From Candidatus Poribacteria bacterium (GTDB lineage: Bacteria; Poribacteria; WGA-4E; PCPOR2b), in assembly GCA_965208675.1 (NCBI GenBank), contig OZ242351.1, positions 4,576,001 to 4,640,000 on the forward strand: a stretch of 64,000 nt of DNA, written 5' to 3'. The notes under the pieces were generated by a model. That model saw only the letters and a list, made by a program, of their open reading frames with translations, was not told the DNA's origin and did not search any database. Positions 1-9,671 of this stretch are shown here, piece after piece (the stretch's first letter is position 1; the number at the start of each line of letters is the position of its first letter). Position numbers and translations under genes: made by a program.

Positions 1-1299
1 CGAAACGTGACCCTAAGCGAGCATGAGGGGAGGGAGAACGTCGTCCTAGTCTTTTACCGAGGGCAGTGGTGACCGTCCTGTATTGACCAGCTCGTCGAGC
101 TGCAGCCGCATTACACCCGCGTTCGCGAACTCGGCGCCGAGATGTATGCCATCAGCGTGGACAAACACGCCGACTCGATACGCGTGCTCGTGCAAGGGAA
201 TAACAGACACAATACTAAAGTGACGTTTCCTATCCTATCAGATTCAAATCCAGTTCTGGCGACCATAAAAAAATATGGCGTGAAGGATAGAATCTCGCCA
301 TTCGCCAGACCGGCTACTTTCGTTGTCGATAGGGATGGAATTATTCAATGGCACGACGTCGGAACACACAAGGATGACCGCGCATTTGCTCAGGAAATTC
401 TCCCCGTTCTCGAAGACCTCAGCGAACCGCCGAACACGCCGCCCGAGATATTCGGAACGATTCCGGATCTCTATGTACAATCCGATCAACAGCCAGAAGA
501 CTTCGATCTGTCCGAATTCGCGTACGATAAGGAGGACTCGCAGGGCAGCCTGCGCTGGGAAGTGGAGCCAACGAAAACCGAATATTTTACCGCTGAAATC
601 AACGGCCATCAGCTCACAATCACGCCGTTCCCGGACGAATACGGTGAGAGAAGCATTACATTGAGGCTTTTTGATTCCGGCGGTGACATGGATTCGCAAT
701 CGCTGTTCGTCACGGTCATCCCGGCGCCGAATTTTCAGAAAACGATTCGCTTGGTCGTCCGCGGCGGGTTAAACCTGATTCACCTTCCAATCGGCGTGAA
801 CATCGTTAATGGCGCACCGGGAACTATCACCCGAATCAGCGAACTCTACGACGTGCTCGGCGGATCGGAAAATGTCCACTGGCTGGTAACCAGTTCCCCG
901 GATGTGCCGGGCGGGGTGAATGAGTTGAAACCGTATTTCGGCGGTGCCAACGATTCAATTATTGAAGCCGAAACCGGCGTCCTCGCCGCACTGCGAGAGC
1001 CGAGAACGCTGCACCTTGTCGGAACGCTGCTCAATGCGCCGCTTCCCCTCAATCCGGGTTGGAATATCGTCGGTGTGCCGCATTACGACAGCGGTATTTT
1101 ACTTCTCAGCGACGTCGCGGGAATAGATGTTATTCAAGGCAACGCCTCCCAAATTGCCGTATTCGAAGATGGTAAATTTTTTGCGAATGCGCCAAGCGGC
1201 ATTATTAAAAGCACCCAGTCCGATAGGAGATTAGAAACGGGGCAGGCGATCCTGATTGAAATGACGGGCGCCGCAACCATACCGTTGCCGTTGAAATAA
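1..1299 (+). CDS. Probable selenoprotein (5' truncated): AhpC/TSA peroxiredoxin-like redoxin domain with UxxC motif, fused to an Ig/cadherin-like domain and a C-terminal beta domain
   Basis: Frame 1 from base 1 reads RNVTLSEHEGRENVVLVFYRGQW*PSCIDQLVELQPHYTRVRELGAEMYAISVD and continues in frame into ORF 142..1299. The TGA (70-72) occupies the first Cys position of the FYRGxWCPxC redoxin motif. Downstream redoxin motifs FPILSD and RPATFVVDRDG; NTPPEI...DLSEFAYDKED suggests an Ig/cadherin-like domain. Confidence 0.8.
70..105 (+). promoter_or_regulatory. Putative bacterial SECIS element following the UGA codon
   Basis: Perfect stem CAGCTC (88-93) / GAGCTG (97-102) with G-led apical loop GTC about 21 nt after the TGA, matching the known bacterial SECIS geometry. 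Confidence 0.6.
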
Positions 1300-1341
1300 G
1301 TTGGCGGCTGAAGCCTATCTCTGAATCGAGTCTTACCGCCG

Positions 1342-2373
1342 ATGAACCCAACCCACATCTCAAGCACTATTCGCCAGGGCGTATCGGGCGGCGTTTTCCC
1401 CGGCGCGGTGGCTTACATCGTCGAAGGCGGAAACCTATCCTATTATGAAGCCTTCGGGAACCGTATGATCGAACCGGATGTTAAACCGATGCACCGCGGC
1501 ACAATCTTCGATATCGCGTCGCTCACAAAACCCATCGTCATCTCGTCGCTCGCCCTGCGCCTCGTCGAGTCCGGCGATATCCATCTGCGCGCCCCCGTCC
1601 GAGACTGCCTCCCCGAATTTTCGCATCCGGAGGTGACGGTTCACCACCTGCTGACCCACTCCTCCGGGCTGCCGGCGTGGCGGTCGCTGTATCTGGAAAC
1701 CGAATCGAAAGAGGGCGTCGTTGAACATCTGGGGCAGATGCCGCTGGAGCAGCCGCCCGGCGAAAGAGTCGAATACAGTTGCCTCGGCTATATCCTGCTC
1801 GGCGTGCTCATTGAACGCGCCGTGGGAAAACCGCTCGACCGCCTGGCTGGCGAACAGATTTTTCAGCCGCTGCAAATGTCCAAAACGCGGTATAATCCGC
1901 CGGAATCGTGGAGGGACAGTATCGCCGCAACGGAGGATTCGAACAGCTTCGAAAAACGCATGGCCGACCATCGCCGCTACGATTGGCGGGAAGGGGTGAA
2001 CGTTGGCGCGGTGCACGACGAGAATGCCCATTATCTCGGCGGCGTGTCGGGAAACGCGGGCTTATTTTCTACCGCTGAGGACGTTTCGAAATATTGCCGC
2101 ATGATGATTGGCGGCGGAGACGGGGTGTTGACGGAGAATGACGTGGCGCAGATGGCGGCTAATCAAACGAAGGGGTTAAACGAATCGCGCAGCGTGGGTT
2201 GGATTATCTTGGAGGACGGCTCGCTCTACCACACCGGTTTCACCGGCACTTCCATCTTAATCAACTTGAAAAGCAGGTCATTTGCCGTTTTGTTGACGAA
2301 CCGCGTTCACCCGAGCGCATTCGGTCCTAGCATGGTCGAATTTCGCGCCAAATTTCATCAGGAAATTTTTTGA
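1342..2373 (+). CDS. Serine hydrolase, beta-lactamase family (AmiE-like muramoyl-peptide amidase candidate)
   Basis: FDIASLTK (SxxK), HLLTHSSG, YSCLGY, VHDENA, GLFST and HTGFTG motifs; close to namZ and anmK. Confidence 0.85.
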   Translation: MNPTHISSTIRQGVSGGVFPGAVAYIVEGGNLSYYEAFGNRMIEPDVKPMHRGTIFDIASLTKPIVISSLALRLVESGDIHLRAPVRDCLPEFSHPEVTVHHLLTHSSGLPAWRSLYLETESKEGVVEHLGQMPLEQPPGERVEYSCLGYILLGVLIERAVGKPLDRLAGEQIFQPLQMSKTRYNPPESWRDSIAATEDSNSFEKRMADHRRYDWREGVNVGAVHDENAHYLGGVSGNAGLFSTAEDVSKYCRMMIGGGDGVLTENDVAQMAANQTKGLNESRSVGWIILEDGSLYHTGFTGTSILINLKSRSFAVLLTNRVHPSAFGPSMVEFRAKFHQEIF

Positions 2374-2610
2374 TATTGCGGCTACAACTATCGTTTTAAG
2401 TAAAGAAGAGTTTCCTTAATCTGTCGCCCCTCTGGGGCTTTCGATTTAGGTGAATTAATGATTTTATAAACCTGAGAATCTCTATCGTACTCGCAAATCA
2501 CTCGCTCGATCCTGCGCTGGGGCTTTGGCTTATGACAACTGGCTACTGTAAAATTAGAATTTTCAAACAGGTTCAAAGCAAATCCTTGAATAATTGAAGG
2601 AGAATTTATA

Positions 2611-4890
2611 ATGTTCTCAAAGGCGGCAGAACTCGCCCGATCAAAACTCGGCGGTTCGGCTTCGGATTCAGGTTCGGGTCACGGCTTCGGCACGGCGCCG
2701 GTATTCCTCGCGTCAGTAAGCACCATACTCGGGGCGATTCTCTTTTTGCGGTTCGGTTACGCTGTGGCGCACGTCGGGCTTGGGCTCACGCTCGTAATTA
2801 TTGTACTCGGTCATTTCGTGACTATTCCCACGGTTCTCGCGGTGTCGGAAATTGCCACAAACCGGCGGGTAGCGGGCGGCGGTGCGTATTTTATTGTAAG
2901 CCGATCTTTCGGCATGAGTATTGGCGGCGCCATCGGCATTGCGCTTTATCTCTCTCAAGCGATTTCGGTCGCGTTCTACATGGTGGCGTTCGCGGAGTCG
3001 TTTGAGCCGCTCAAAGCATTGGCTGTTGAAAATATAGACTGGATTAAGCAACCGCCGGATGCACGCTGGATTAGCCTCCCGTTTACCGGTTTGCTCATTG
3101 CATTGATGTTGACAAAAGGCGCAAATTTGGGTGTACGCGCACTGTGGGCTGTGTGCTGCCTCCTCGCCGCCGCAATTGCGGCGTTTTTAATTGGGAAGCC
3201 GCCGGAAGGCACGGAGCTAAACGGCTTAAACGTTACGGCACGCATTGATAACAATGACGGCTTCGGTACAGTTTTTGCGACATGTTTCCCCGCGTTCACT
3301 GGGATGATTGCAGGTTTGGGGCTATCCGGCGACCTGAAAAACCCCCAGCGGAGCATACCGCTCGGTACCATCGGGGCTACGTTTGCTGGAATGGTAATTT
3401 ACACTTTGGTCGCTGTAAAACTTGCACTAAGCGCGACGCCCAAAGACCTCGCGGAGGATTATTTCATCATGGCTAAGATTGCAATCTGGCCGCCGATAAT
3501 TTATATTGGGTTAGCCGCCGCAGCGCTGTCGTCCGCCCTCGGTTCAATCATGGTGGCGCCGAGAACACTGCAAGCGTTGGCACGCGACAACGTGTTGCCG
3601 ATTCCCAAACTGAACCGACTGCTAGAAAAGGGGTGGGGCAAAGCACAGGAACCGTTTTATGCGACCTGCGTGTCAGGCGCGATTGCCATCGTGTTTGTGG
3701 TGCTAGGCGGTGTGGATTCCATCGCCCGGATTCTCACGATGTTCTTCATGGTGACGTACGGCGCACTTTGCGCGGTGTCGTTCCTCGAATACTTTTCGGG
3801 CAACCCGTCGTACCGGCCGACATTCCACACTCGATGGTATTTATCGCTGCTGGGCGCGGTGATGTGCGGCTTGATGATGATTCGGATTGACATTCTCTAC
3901 ACGCTTCTCGCACTGCTTCTGATGATAGCGGTATATATCGGACTCCGGCGCAGCCGACACGGGCAGCGCGACTTAACAGCGATTTTTCAAGGGACGATGT
4001 TCCAGCTCACCCGGCGGTTGCAGATTTTCCTGCAGAAGAGCCGCGCTATCTCCACAAAAGACGGATGGCGGCCGTCAATTGTCGCGGTGACCCGATTCGG
4101 CGAACGACGCCTTGGTCATTTCGACCTGCTCCGATGGATTTGCCACCGGCACGGATTCGGCCAATTCATACAGTTCTCGGAGGGCGAATATTCATTCTCA
4201 AGCGAGGTTGCCGCGCGCCTCGGCGTCGACGAGCTGATTCAGCGAACAGAAGTAAGCCGCGCTGGCATCTTTGTCGATTCGCTGATTTGCCCGTCGTTTC
4301 AGCTTGCGATAGCACAAACCCTGCAGATGCCGGGCGTCTCCGGTTTGCCCAACAACTGTGTTTTGCTGGAGTTCCATCAAGATAATCCTGAAGAGATTAA
4401 GGAGGTCGAACAGGGTGCGCGCCTGGCGGCGAATGCGATGTTCAACGTGTTGATTTTGCGATCGACTAAATACCGTTTCGGCTACCGGTCGTCGATTCAT
4501 GTCTGGGTAACTGAGGAGACCTTGGCAAACGCGCCGATGATGCTGATGTTTGCATATATCATTGTCGGCCATCCGGAATGGAAACGCGCCGAGATTAAGC
4601 TTTTTGGCTGCTTCGATTCGACTGAAGCCGGGCGCGAGGTAAACAAACTCTCAACGCTCATGACGGAAGGACGGCTGCCAATCTCGACGCATAACGTGAC
4701 GTCCGTATCTTGCAGCGTCGACGAGCTGGAGGAAGAGGTGTTCCACCGATCTTCCCAAGCTGACCTCGTCATAGCGGGCCTAAAAGCGGACAGCGCCGAA
4801 CCGCGCCCGGTGGCTGATGCATTACGGCATTATGAACGCGCGAACGAGGTACTGTTAGTGCATTCGAGCGAGAAGATATCAATCCGGTAG
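2611..4890 (+). CDS. Amino acid permease / cation-chloride cotransporter (SLC12/CCC-like) with cytoplasmic C-terminal domain
   Basis: About 12 TM segments; ILFLRFGYAV, GGGAYFIVSRSFG, FPAFTG and GDLKNPQRSIP motifs; WRPSI-type C-terminal domain; RBS GAAGGAG. Confidence 0.85.
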   Translation: MFSKAAELARSKLGGSASDSGSGHGFGTAPVFLASVSTILGAILFLRFGYAVAHVGLGLTLVIIVLGHFVTIPTVLAVSEIATNRRVAGGGAYFIVSRSFGMSIGGAIGIALYLSQAISVAFYMVAFAESFEPLKALAVENIDWIKQPPDARWISLPFTGLLIALMLTKGANLGVRALWAVCCLLAAAIAAFLIGKPPEGTELNGLNVTARIDNNDGFGTVFATCFPAFTGMIAGLGLSGDLKNPQRSIPLGTIGATFAGMVIYTLVAVKLALSATPKDLAEDYFIMAKIAIWPPIIYIGLAAAALSSALGSIMVAPRTLQALARDNVLPIPKLNRLLEKGWGKAQEPFYATCVSGAIAIVFVVLGGVDSIARILTMFFMVTYGALCAVSFLEYFSGNPSYRPTFHTRWYLSLLGAVMCGLMMIRIDILYTLLALLLMIAVYIGLRRSRHGQRDLTAIFQGTMFQLTRRLQIFLQKSRAISTKDGWRPSIVAVTRFGERRLGHFDLLRWICHRHGFGQFIQFSEGEYSFSSEVAARLGVDELIQRTEVSRAGIFVDSLICPSFQLAIAQTLQMPGVSGLPNNCVLLEFHQDNPEEIKEVEQGARLAANAMFNVLILRSTKYRFGYRSSIHVWVTEETLANAPMMLMFAYIIVGHPEWKRAEIKLFGCFDSTEAGREVNKLSTLMTEGRLPISTHNVTSVSCSVDELEEEVFHRSSQADLVIAGLKADSAEPRPVADALRHYERANEVLLVHSSEKISIR

Positions 4891-4904
4891 ATAGAGATTA
4901 GAAC

Positions 4905-5789
4905 ATGCAGATCTTGGAAGACATTCGTGAAATCCTAGGGAAAAATCTTGGCGCTATAGGAGAGGTGAACATTACCCCTGCCCGCCTGGTGACGGTTCTG
5001 TTAATCATTGCGGGGACGTTCTGGATTTCACGGTTGCTGCAGCGCGTGCTGCGGCGAAACTTGTTCGTGCGGATCGGTTTAAGAGAGGGTACACAGGCTA
5101 CCATCTTCCGCATCTTGCACTATTCGATAATGTGCTTGGGTGTCTTCATTGCGGTGACCGTAGCGGGCATTAATTTGACGGGACTAGCCGCCATTACCGC
5201 GGTGCTAATGGTGGGCATCAGTCTCGGGTTGCAAAGTGTCACCAGTAATTTCATCAGTGGGTTAATACTGCTGATTGAGCGGCCGGTGCAGGTGGGAGAT
5301 TTTGTGGAGGTCGCCGGTGTCCAAGGTAAGGTGCGTACGATTAGAGGACGCAGCACCACCGTGGACACGTTGGACAATGTGTCGATTATTGTGCCGAATA
5401 CTAACTTTATATCAGAGAACGTTACCAACTGGAGTTTTCGAGATATGAAAGTCCGCATCCACGTATCTGTCGGTGTGTCGTACGGTTCAGATGTCGACTT
5501 GGTGGCGGAAACCCTGTTGGAGGCGGGACGCGCACACCCGGAAGTATTGGAAAATCCAGAGCCGCAGATACAGTTTTTGGAATTTGGCGACAGCTCGTTG
5601 AATTTCGATTTGCTAGTGTGGCTTAGGGATGCGTCGCGCCAATATTTTGTGAGAAGCGATTTAAATTTCGCTATCGTGAAGGTGTTTCGCGAACGAGACA
5701 TTACGATTCCGTTCCCGCAGCGTGATTTGCACCTCCGAAGCGCCGTGCCGATGAATGTCGGCACGGACGAGGATTTCGATGAATCGTGA
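4905..5789 (+). CDS. Small-conductance mechanosensitive channel, MscS family
   Basis: GLQSVTSNFISGLILLIERPVQVGD, IIVPN, VGVSYGSD, FGDSSLNF and IPFPQRDLH motifs. Confidence 0.92.
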   Translation: MQILEDIREILGKNLGAIGEVNITPARLVTVLLIIAGTFWISRLLQRVLRRNLFVRIGLREGTQATIFRILHYSIMCLGVFIAVTVAGINLTGLAAITAVLMVGISLGLQSVTSNFISGLILLIERPVQVGDFVEVAGVQGKVRTIRGRSTTVDTLDNVSIIVPNTNFISENVTNWSFRDMKVRIHVSVGVSYGSDVDLVAETLLEAGRAHPEVLENPEPQIQFLEFGDSSLNFDLLVWLRDASRQYFVRSDLNFAIVKVFRERDITIPFPQRDLHLRSAVPMNVGTDEDFDES

Positions 5790-6975
5790 GCGGCAGCGCG
5801 CGAAAACGCAAGTCGGTTTGGACATTCTATTCAAGGATTGCATTTCTCTGATTACGAGCCGGCGGGTCGGGCTAATCACCAACCAAACCGGAATTGATGA
5901 ACAGTTTCAGAGCAGCGCGAGTTTGTTCGCCGGACACCCGGCGGTTCGGCTCTCGGCACTGTTTAGCCCGGAGCACGGGATTCAGGGAAGCGCGTCGCAC
6001 GGGGTCCGAATCCCCTCCACGATTAACGCACAGTTTCAGATTCCTGTCCACAGCTTGTACGGGGAGAAGCGCGCGCCGACATCGGAGATGCTTGCGGACA
6101 TTGACGCATTGGTATTCGATATACAGGATGTTGGTTCGCGGTTTTTCACGTATATTTCGACGCTGCGTAATGCGATGCAGGCGGCTATGTCGAACGACGT
6201 GGACTTCATGGTGCTTGACCGGCCGAATCCAATCCGCGGGGATTGCGTTGAGGGCAACCTGCTTCAACCGGCTTTCCAATCGTTCGTTGGGGCAGCCGGT
6301 TTGCCGATTCGTCACGGTATGACGACTGGTGAACTCGCGCGGCTTTTCCGGGCAGAACTCGAAATAACAGCGCAACCGCAGCAGTGCAGCGTGCAGTTGG
6401 AAGTGGTGCCGATGCAGGGTTGGCGCCGCGCCATGTGGTACGATGAGACCGGTTTGCCGTGGGTGCCGCCTTCGCCGAATATGCCTACAGTGGCAACAGC
6501 GACCTTGTATCCCGGCACATGCCTTATTGAAGGCACGAACCTATCCGAGGGGCGCGGCACAACCATGCCGTTTGAGTGGATTGGCGCGCCGTGGATCGAA
6601 TCGGAAGGTTGGGCGGAGACGCTCAATAGTTCCGGTTTGCAGGGCGTTTACTTTCGCCCGATTGAATTCGCCCCAACCTTTTCCAAATTCGCGGGGAAAC
6701 AGTGCCGCGGCGTACAGGTGCATGTAACGAATCGAGACAAATTGAGACCGGTTGAGGTTGGCATTCATCTTATTGCAACGGCGCGGCGCGGCTATCCGGA
6801 TAGGTTTGCGTTTTTGCAAAACGAGGGCCGATTCTTCATTGACCTTTTGGCTGGCACTGATGAACTACGGTTGCGGCTCATAGATGGCGAACCGCCCGGC
6901 GAGATAATTCTCGCTTGGGAGAAAGATGCGGCGGCGTTCAGAGAGCGGCGCCAGCCGTATCTGCTCTACAACTGA
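5779..6975 (+). CDS. namZ: Exo-beta-N-acetylmuramidase NamZ (DUF1343 family)
   Basis: VGLITNQTG, LFSPEHG, FDIQDVGSRFFTYIST, VLDRPNP, PSPNMPT and SEGRGT motifs; start placed at ATG 5779, overlapping the MscS stop. Confidence 0.9.
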   Translation: MNRERQRAKTQVGLDILFKDCISLITSRRVGLITNQTGIDEQFQSSASLFAGHPAVRLSALFSPEHGIQGSASHGVRIPSTINAQFQIPVHSLYGEKRAPTSEMLADIDALVFDIQDVGSRFFTYISTLRNAMQAAMSNDVDFMVLDRPNPIRGDCVEGNLLQPAFQSFVGAAGLPIRHGMTTGELARLFRAELEITAQPQQCSVQLEVVPMQGWRRAMWYDETGLPWVPPSPNMPTVATATLYPGTCLIEGTNLSEGRGTTMPFEWIGAPWIESEGWAETLNSSGLQGVYFRPIEFAPTFSKFAGKQCRGVQVHVTNRDKLRPVEVGIHLIATARRGYPDRFAFLQNEGRFFIDLLAGTDELRLRLIDGEPPGEIILAWEKDAAAFRERRQPYLLYN

Positions 6976-7031
6976 GACGCGTCAATAGTTCGATTCGATA
7001 TATTGACGCAGACATACGGAATTTTACGGCA

Positions 7032-8219
7032 GTGAAATCTCTTTACCACCTATCCTGGAAAAGGACGAAAAAGGTTATTGGCTTGATGTCGGGCACGTCT
7101 GCCGATGGGGTAGATGCGGCGCTCGTAGAAATCCGGGGCGACGGTTTAGCCACACAGGTCGAACTCCTCGCATTCCAGGCTTTGCCCTATGGGGAGAACG
7201 TCCGAAGCCGCGTCTTTAATCTTTTTCAGCCGGAAACTAGCGGCGTCGACGAAATCTGCCAGATGAATTTCCTTATCGGGGAGATATTTGCGGACGCGGT
7301 GCACTCGGTAGTTCGGCACGCGGCACTCGATATAGACGAAATTGACTTAATCGGTTCACACGGACAGACGGTCTATCACCTTCCGCCTCAGATTGACGCA
7401 GCATATATACCATCGACTTTACAGCTTGGCGAGCCTGCTGTGATTGCGCATCGTACAGGCGTCCCGACGATTGGGGATTTTAGAGTCGCGGACCTCGCAG
7501 CGGGCGGGCAGGGCGCTCCGCTTGTGCCTTACGTCGATTTTCTACTCTTTCGGCGAAGTGATAGGACAATCGCACTCCAAAACATCGGCGGCATCTCCAA
7601 TGTGACGCTCATTCCTGCCGGCACAGGTCTAGCTGATGTCTTGGCATCCGATACCGGACCCGGCAACATGATTATTGACGCGGTCGTAGAGATAACGACG
7701 AGCGGCAAAGAGAAGTATGATTTCGGCGGACAGCGTGCGGCGCTCGGACAACCGTGCGAGGCGTTGGTAGCGGAATGGTTGGATCACCCATTCATCCGCC
7801 AAGCGCCGCCAAAAACGACCGGGCGTGAGGTGTTTGGCGTGGAGTTCGCCCGCCGGGCAATCGAGGCGTCGCGCGCGAAGAAAATGTCCAATTCGGACAT
7901 AGTTGCGACGGTGACGGAGTTTACTGCGCGGACAATCTTTGACCACTACAACCGTTTTCTGACGCCGCATCATGCAATCGATGAAATCGCTGTGAGCGGC
8001 GGAGGGGTGCATAATGCGACGCTTATGCAACGATTGAATACGCTGTTCCATCCGATTGACGTTCAATCGGTAGATGCATACGGATTCTCAAGCGATGCAA
8101 AAGAGGCGGTTGCTTTTGCGGTGCTTGCAAATGAAGCGGTGCATGGGCATTGCGGGAATTTACCGCGAACCACGGGCGCTTCGCAGCCAAAGATTCTAGG
8201 TAAGTTTGTGCCTGCGTAA
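7032..8219 (+). CDS. anmK: Anhydro-N-acetylmuramic acid kinase
   Basis: IGLMSGTSADGVD, GSHGQT, DFRVADLAAGGQGAPL, NIGGISN, DTGPGN and KEAVAFA motifs; start placed at GTG 7032. Confidence 0.95.
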   Translation: MKSLYHLSWKRTKKVIGLMSGTSADGVDAALVEIRGDGLATQVELLAFQALPYGENVRSRVFNLFQPETSGVDEICQMNFLIGEIFADAVHSVVRHAALDIDEIDLIGSHGQTVYHLPPQIDAAYIPSTLQLGEPAVIAHRTGVPTIGDFRVADLAAGGQGAPLVPYVDFLLFRRSDRTIALQNIGGISNVTLIPAGTGLADVLASDTGPGNMIIDAVVEITTSGKEKYDFGGQRAALGQPCEALVAEWLDHPFIRQAPPKTTGREVFGVEFARRAIEASRAKKMSNSDIVATVTEFTARTIFDHYNRFLTPHHAIDEIAVSGGGVHNATLMQRLNTLFHPIDVQSVDAYGFSSDAKEAVAFAVLANEAVHGHCGNLPRTTGASQPKILGKFVPA

Positions 8220-8250
8220 AAACGAAATATTTGGTTGGAGGCGATTTTAA

Positions 8251-8354
8251 ATCGTTGAGTTCGCTGCGCCGTGGAGATTATGGAACATAATATAGTCTTA
8301 GGACGTATTAGAATGAATCAGTCATGTTGCCCGAACCCGCTTAACCCAACCCAC
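8251..8354. repeat. Dispersed intergenic repeat family A, copy 1 (REP/MITE-like)
   Basis: Shares TCGCTnCGCCGTGGAGATTnTGnAACAnAATA ... CATGTTnCnCGAACCCGCTnnACCCAACCnACA with 11119-11223. Confidence 0.7.
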
Positions 8355-8391
8355 AAAAACTTGAATCGTTATCGACTAGGGCGGTAAATCA

Positions 8392-8982
8392 ATGAGAACA
8401 CATGTCCTCCAATTTACGCTGTGCGCAGGTCTTTTTTTTCTTATCGCCGTTGCGGGATACGCGGATGAAGGCAATTTTTTTCAGCGGCTGGATCGGGATA
8501 TATTCGACGCAATCTACGATGAACCGCCCCGGAGCGAGCCGATCGGCACCACCATGGAGGTTGCCACCTATCTTGGTGATAGTAGACTTATGATGGGGGT
8601 TTCTCTCCTTCTAATGGCTTATGGAAATGATGAACATCGTGAGACTGGTAGGCTGATGACTTCCGCATTCATCGGCACGGGCGTAACCGTATGGGGGTTG
8701 AAGGAGATTATCGGACGAAAGCGGCCTCTAGACGATGTGGTCGGTAATCCGGCGTTTCCGTCGGGGCACACCGCATACGCGTTCGCGGGGGCGACGCTCA
8801 TCGGGGCGCGCCATCCCAAACTCCGTATTCCGCTTTACCTTGGCGCGGGTTTGGTCGGGCTCACTCGGGTATATCTGGGCAGGCACTATGTTTCCGATGT
8901 TTTTGCAGGTGCAGCGTTAGGCACCGCAATCGGAGCACTCATCTCGAGTCATCGTGCTAAGTTGTTGGAATGGCGGTTCTAA
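8392..8982 (+). CDS. PAP2 family phosphatase
   Basis: KEIIGRKRP (C1), FPSGH (C2) and TRVYLGRHYVSDV (C3) motifs; N-terminal signal peptide. Confidence 0.9.
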   Translation: MRTHVLQFTLCAGLFFLIAVAGYADEGNFFQRLDRDIFDAIYDEPPRSEPIGTTMEVATYLGDSRLMMGVSLLLMAYGNDEHRETGRLMTSAFIGTGVTVWGLKEIIGRKRPLDDVVGNPAFPSGHTAYAFAGATLIGARHPKLRIPLYLGAGLVGLTRVYLGRHYVSDVFAGAALGTAIGALISSHRAKLLEWRF

Positions 8983-9205
8983 TCGCAGAATTTTTAAGCT
9001 GTCCTCAGATTTCGAGACGTTTCGAAACGGCATTCGCCCGATGATGAACACGATTCATAAGGTTAAATTAGCACGGCAAGCGAGCTAGATACACTTGCCA
9101 ATATAGGACTGAGCGTATCCTCTTACGAATCGAGCAAATCAACTATGCGGAATGGCGAAATGCGGAAAGCCAACCATTTCGTTTCATGGATGTTGTGTTT
9201 CATCA

Positions 9206-9586
9206 TTAAGACGCTCTAAGCGGAATAACCGGCAGCCCGAATCGATTTGCGTCGTCCGTGCCCCGCATGAATCCTAGGAACACAACTAGGAAGAAAATGC
9301 CGTAGACTGGGATAAGCACCGTTAAACACCACCACCCCGATTTGTCATGGTCGTGGCATCGCTTGACCGACACAGCAATCATGGACCACAACATCAAGAC
9401 GCACGCAATAAACCCAATTATTCCAAAAAGCAGAACGGAATCAATAAATTGCACGATAAGCGAAACTAGAATTATCGCAATCCATCCCAACCAGAAATGA
9501 CCTCTGCCAATTCGCCCGTCGAGGCAAAAGTACAGGTGTGCGAATTTGTCCGGCGTGTCGTAACTCGAATCGTGTTGCATCGTCAA
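9206..9586 (-). CDS. DUF805 family inner membrane protein
   Basis: GRIGRGHFW, SVKRCHDHDKSGWW and GTDDANRFG motifs; start may be ATG 9580. Confidence 0.85.
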   Translation of the reverse strand: MTMQHDSSYDTPDKFAHLYFCLDGRIGRGHFWLGWIAIILVSLIVQFIDSVLLFGIIGFIACVLMLWSMIAVSVKRCHDHDKSGWWCLTVLIPVYGIFFLVVFLGFMRGTDDANRFGLPVIPLRAS

Positions 9587-9671
9587 ATTGTTAAGTACGT
9601 TTAGGTGTGAACATTGACCTGGGATATTCGTGTTCTATTCAAGGCATTCTCGATGTAGAGCAAAGCGGAAT

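Noticed and set aside
2388-2576. 62 aa ORF with TGTCGCCCCTCTGGGGCT REP-like remnant
   Set aside because: The ORF looks spurious; the repeat-like sequence is degenerate with no clear second full copy in the window.
6915-7031. N-terminal extension of the anmK ORF, and similar extensions at 21523, 25302, 29454, 36672 and 58203
   Set aside because: They overlap neighbouring genes or repeats; downstream starts fit the family N-termini or RBS positions better.
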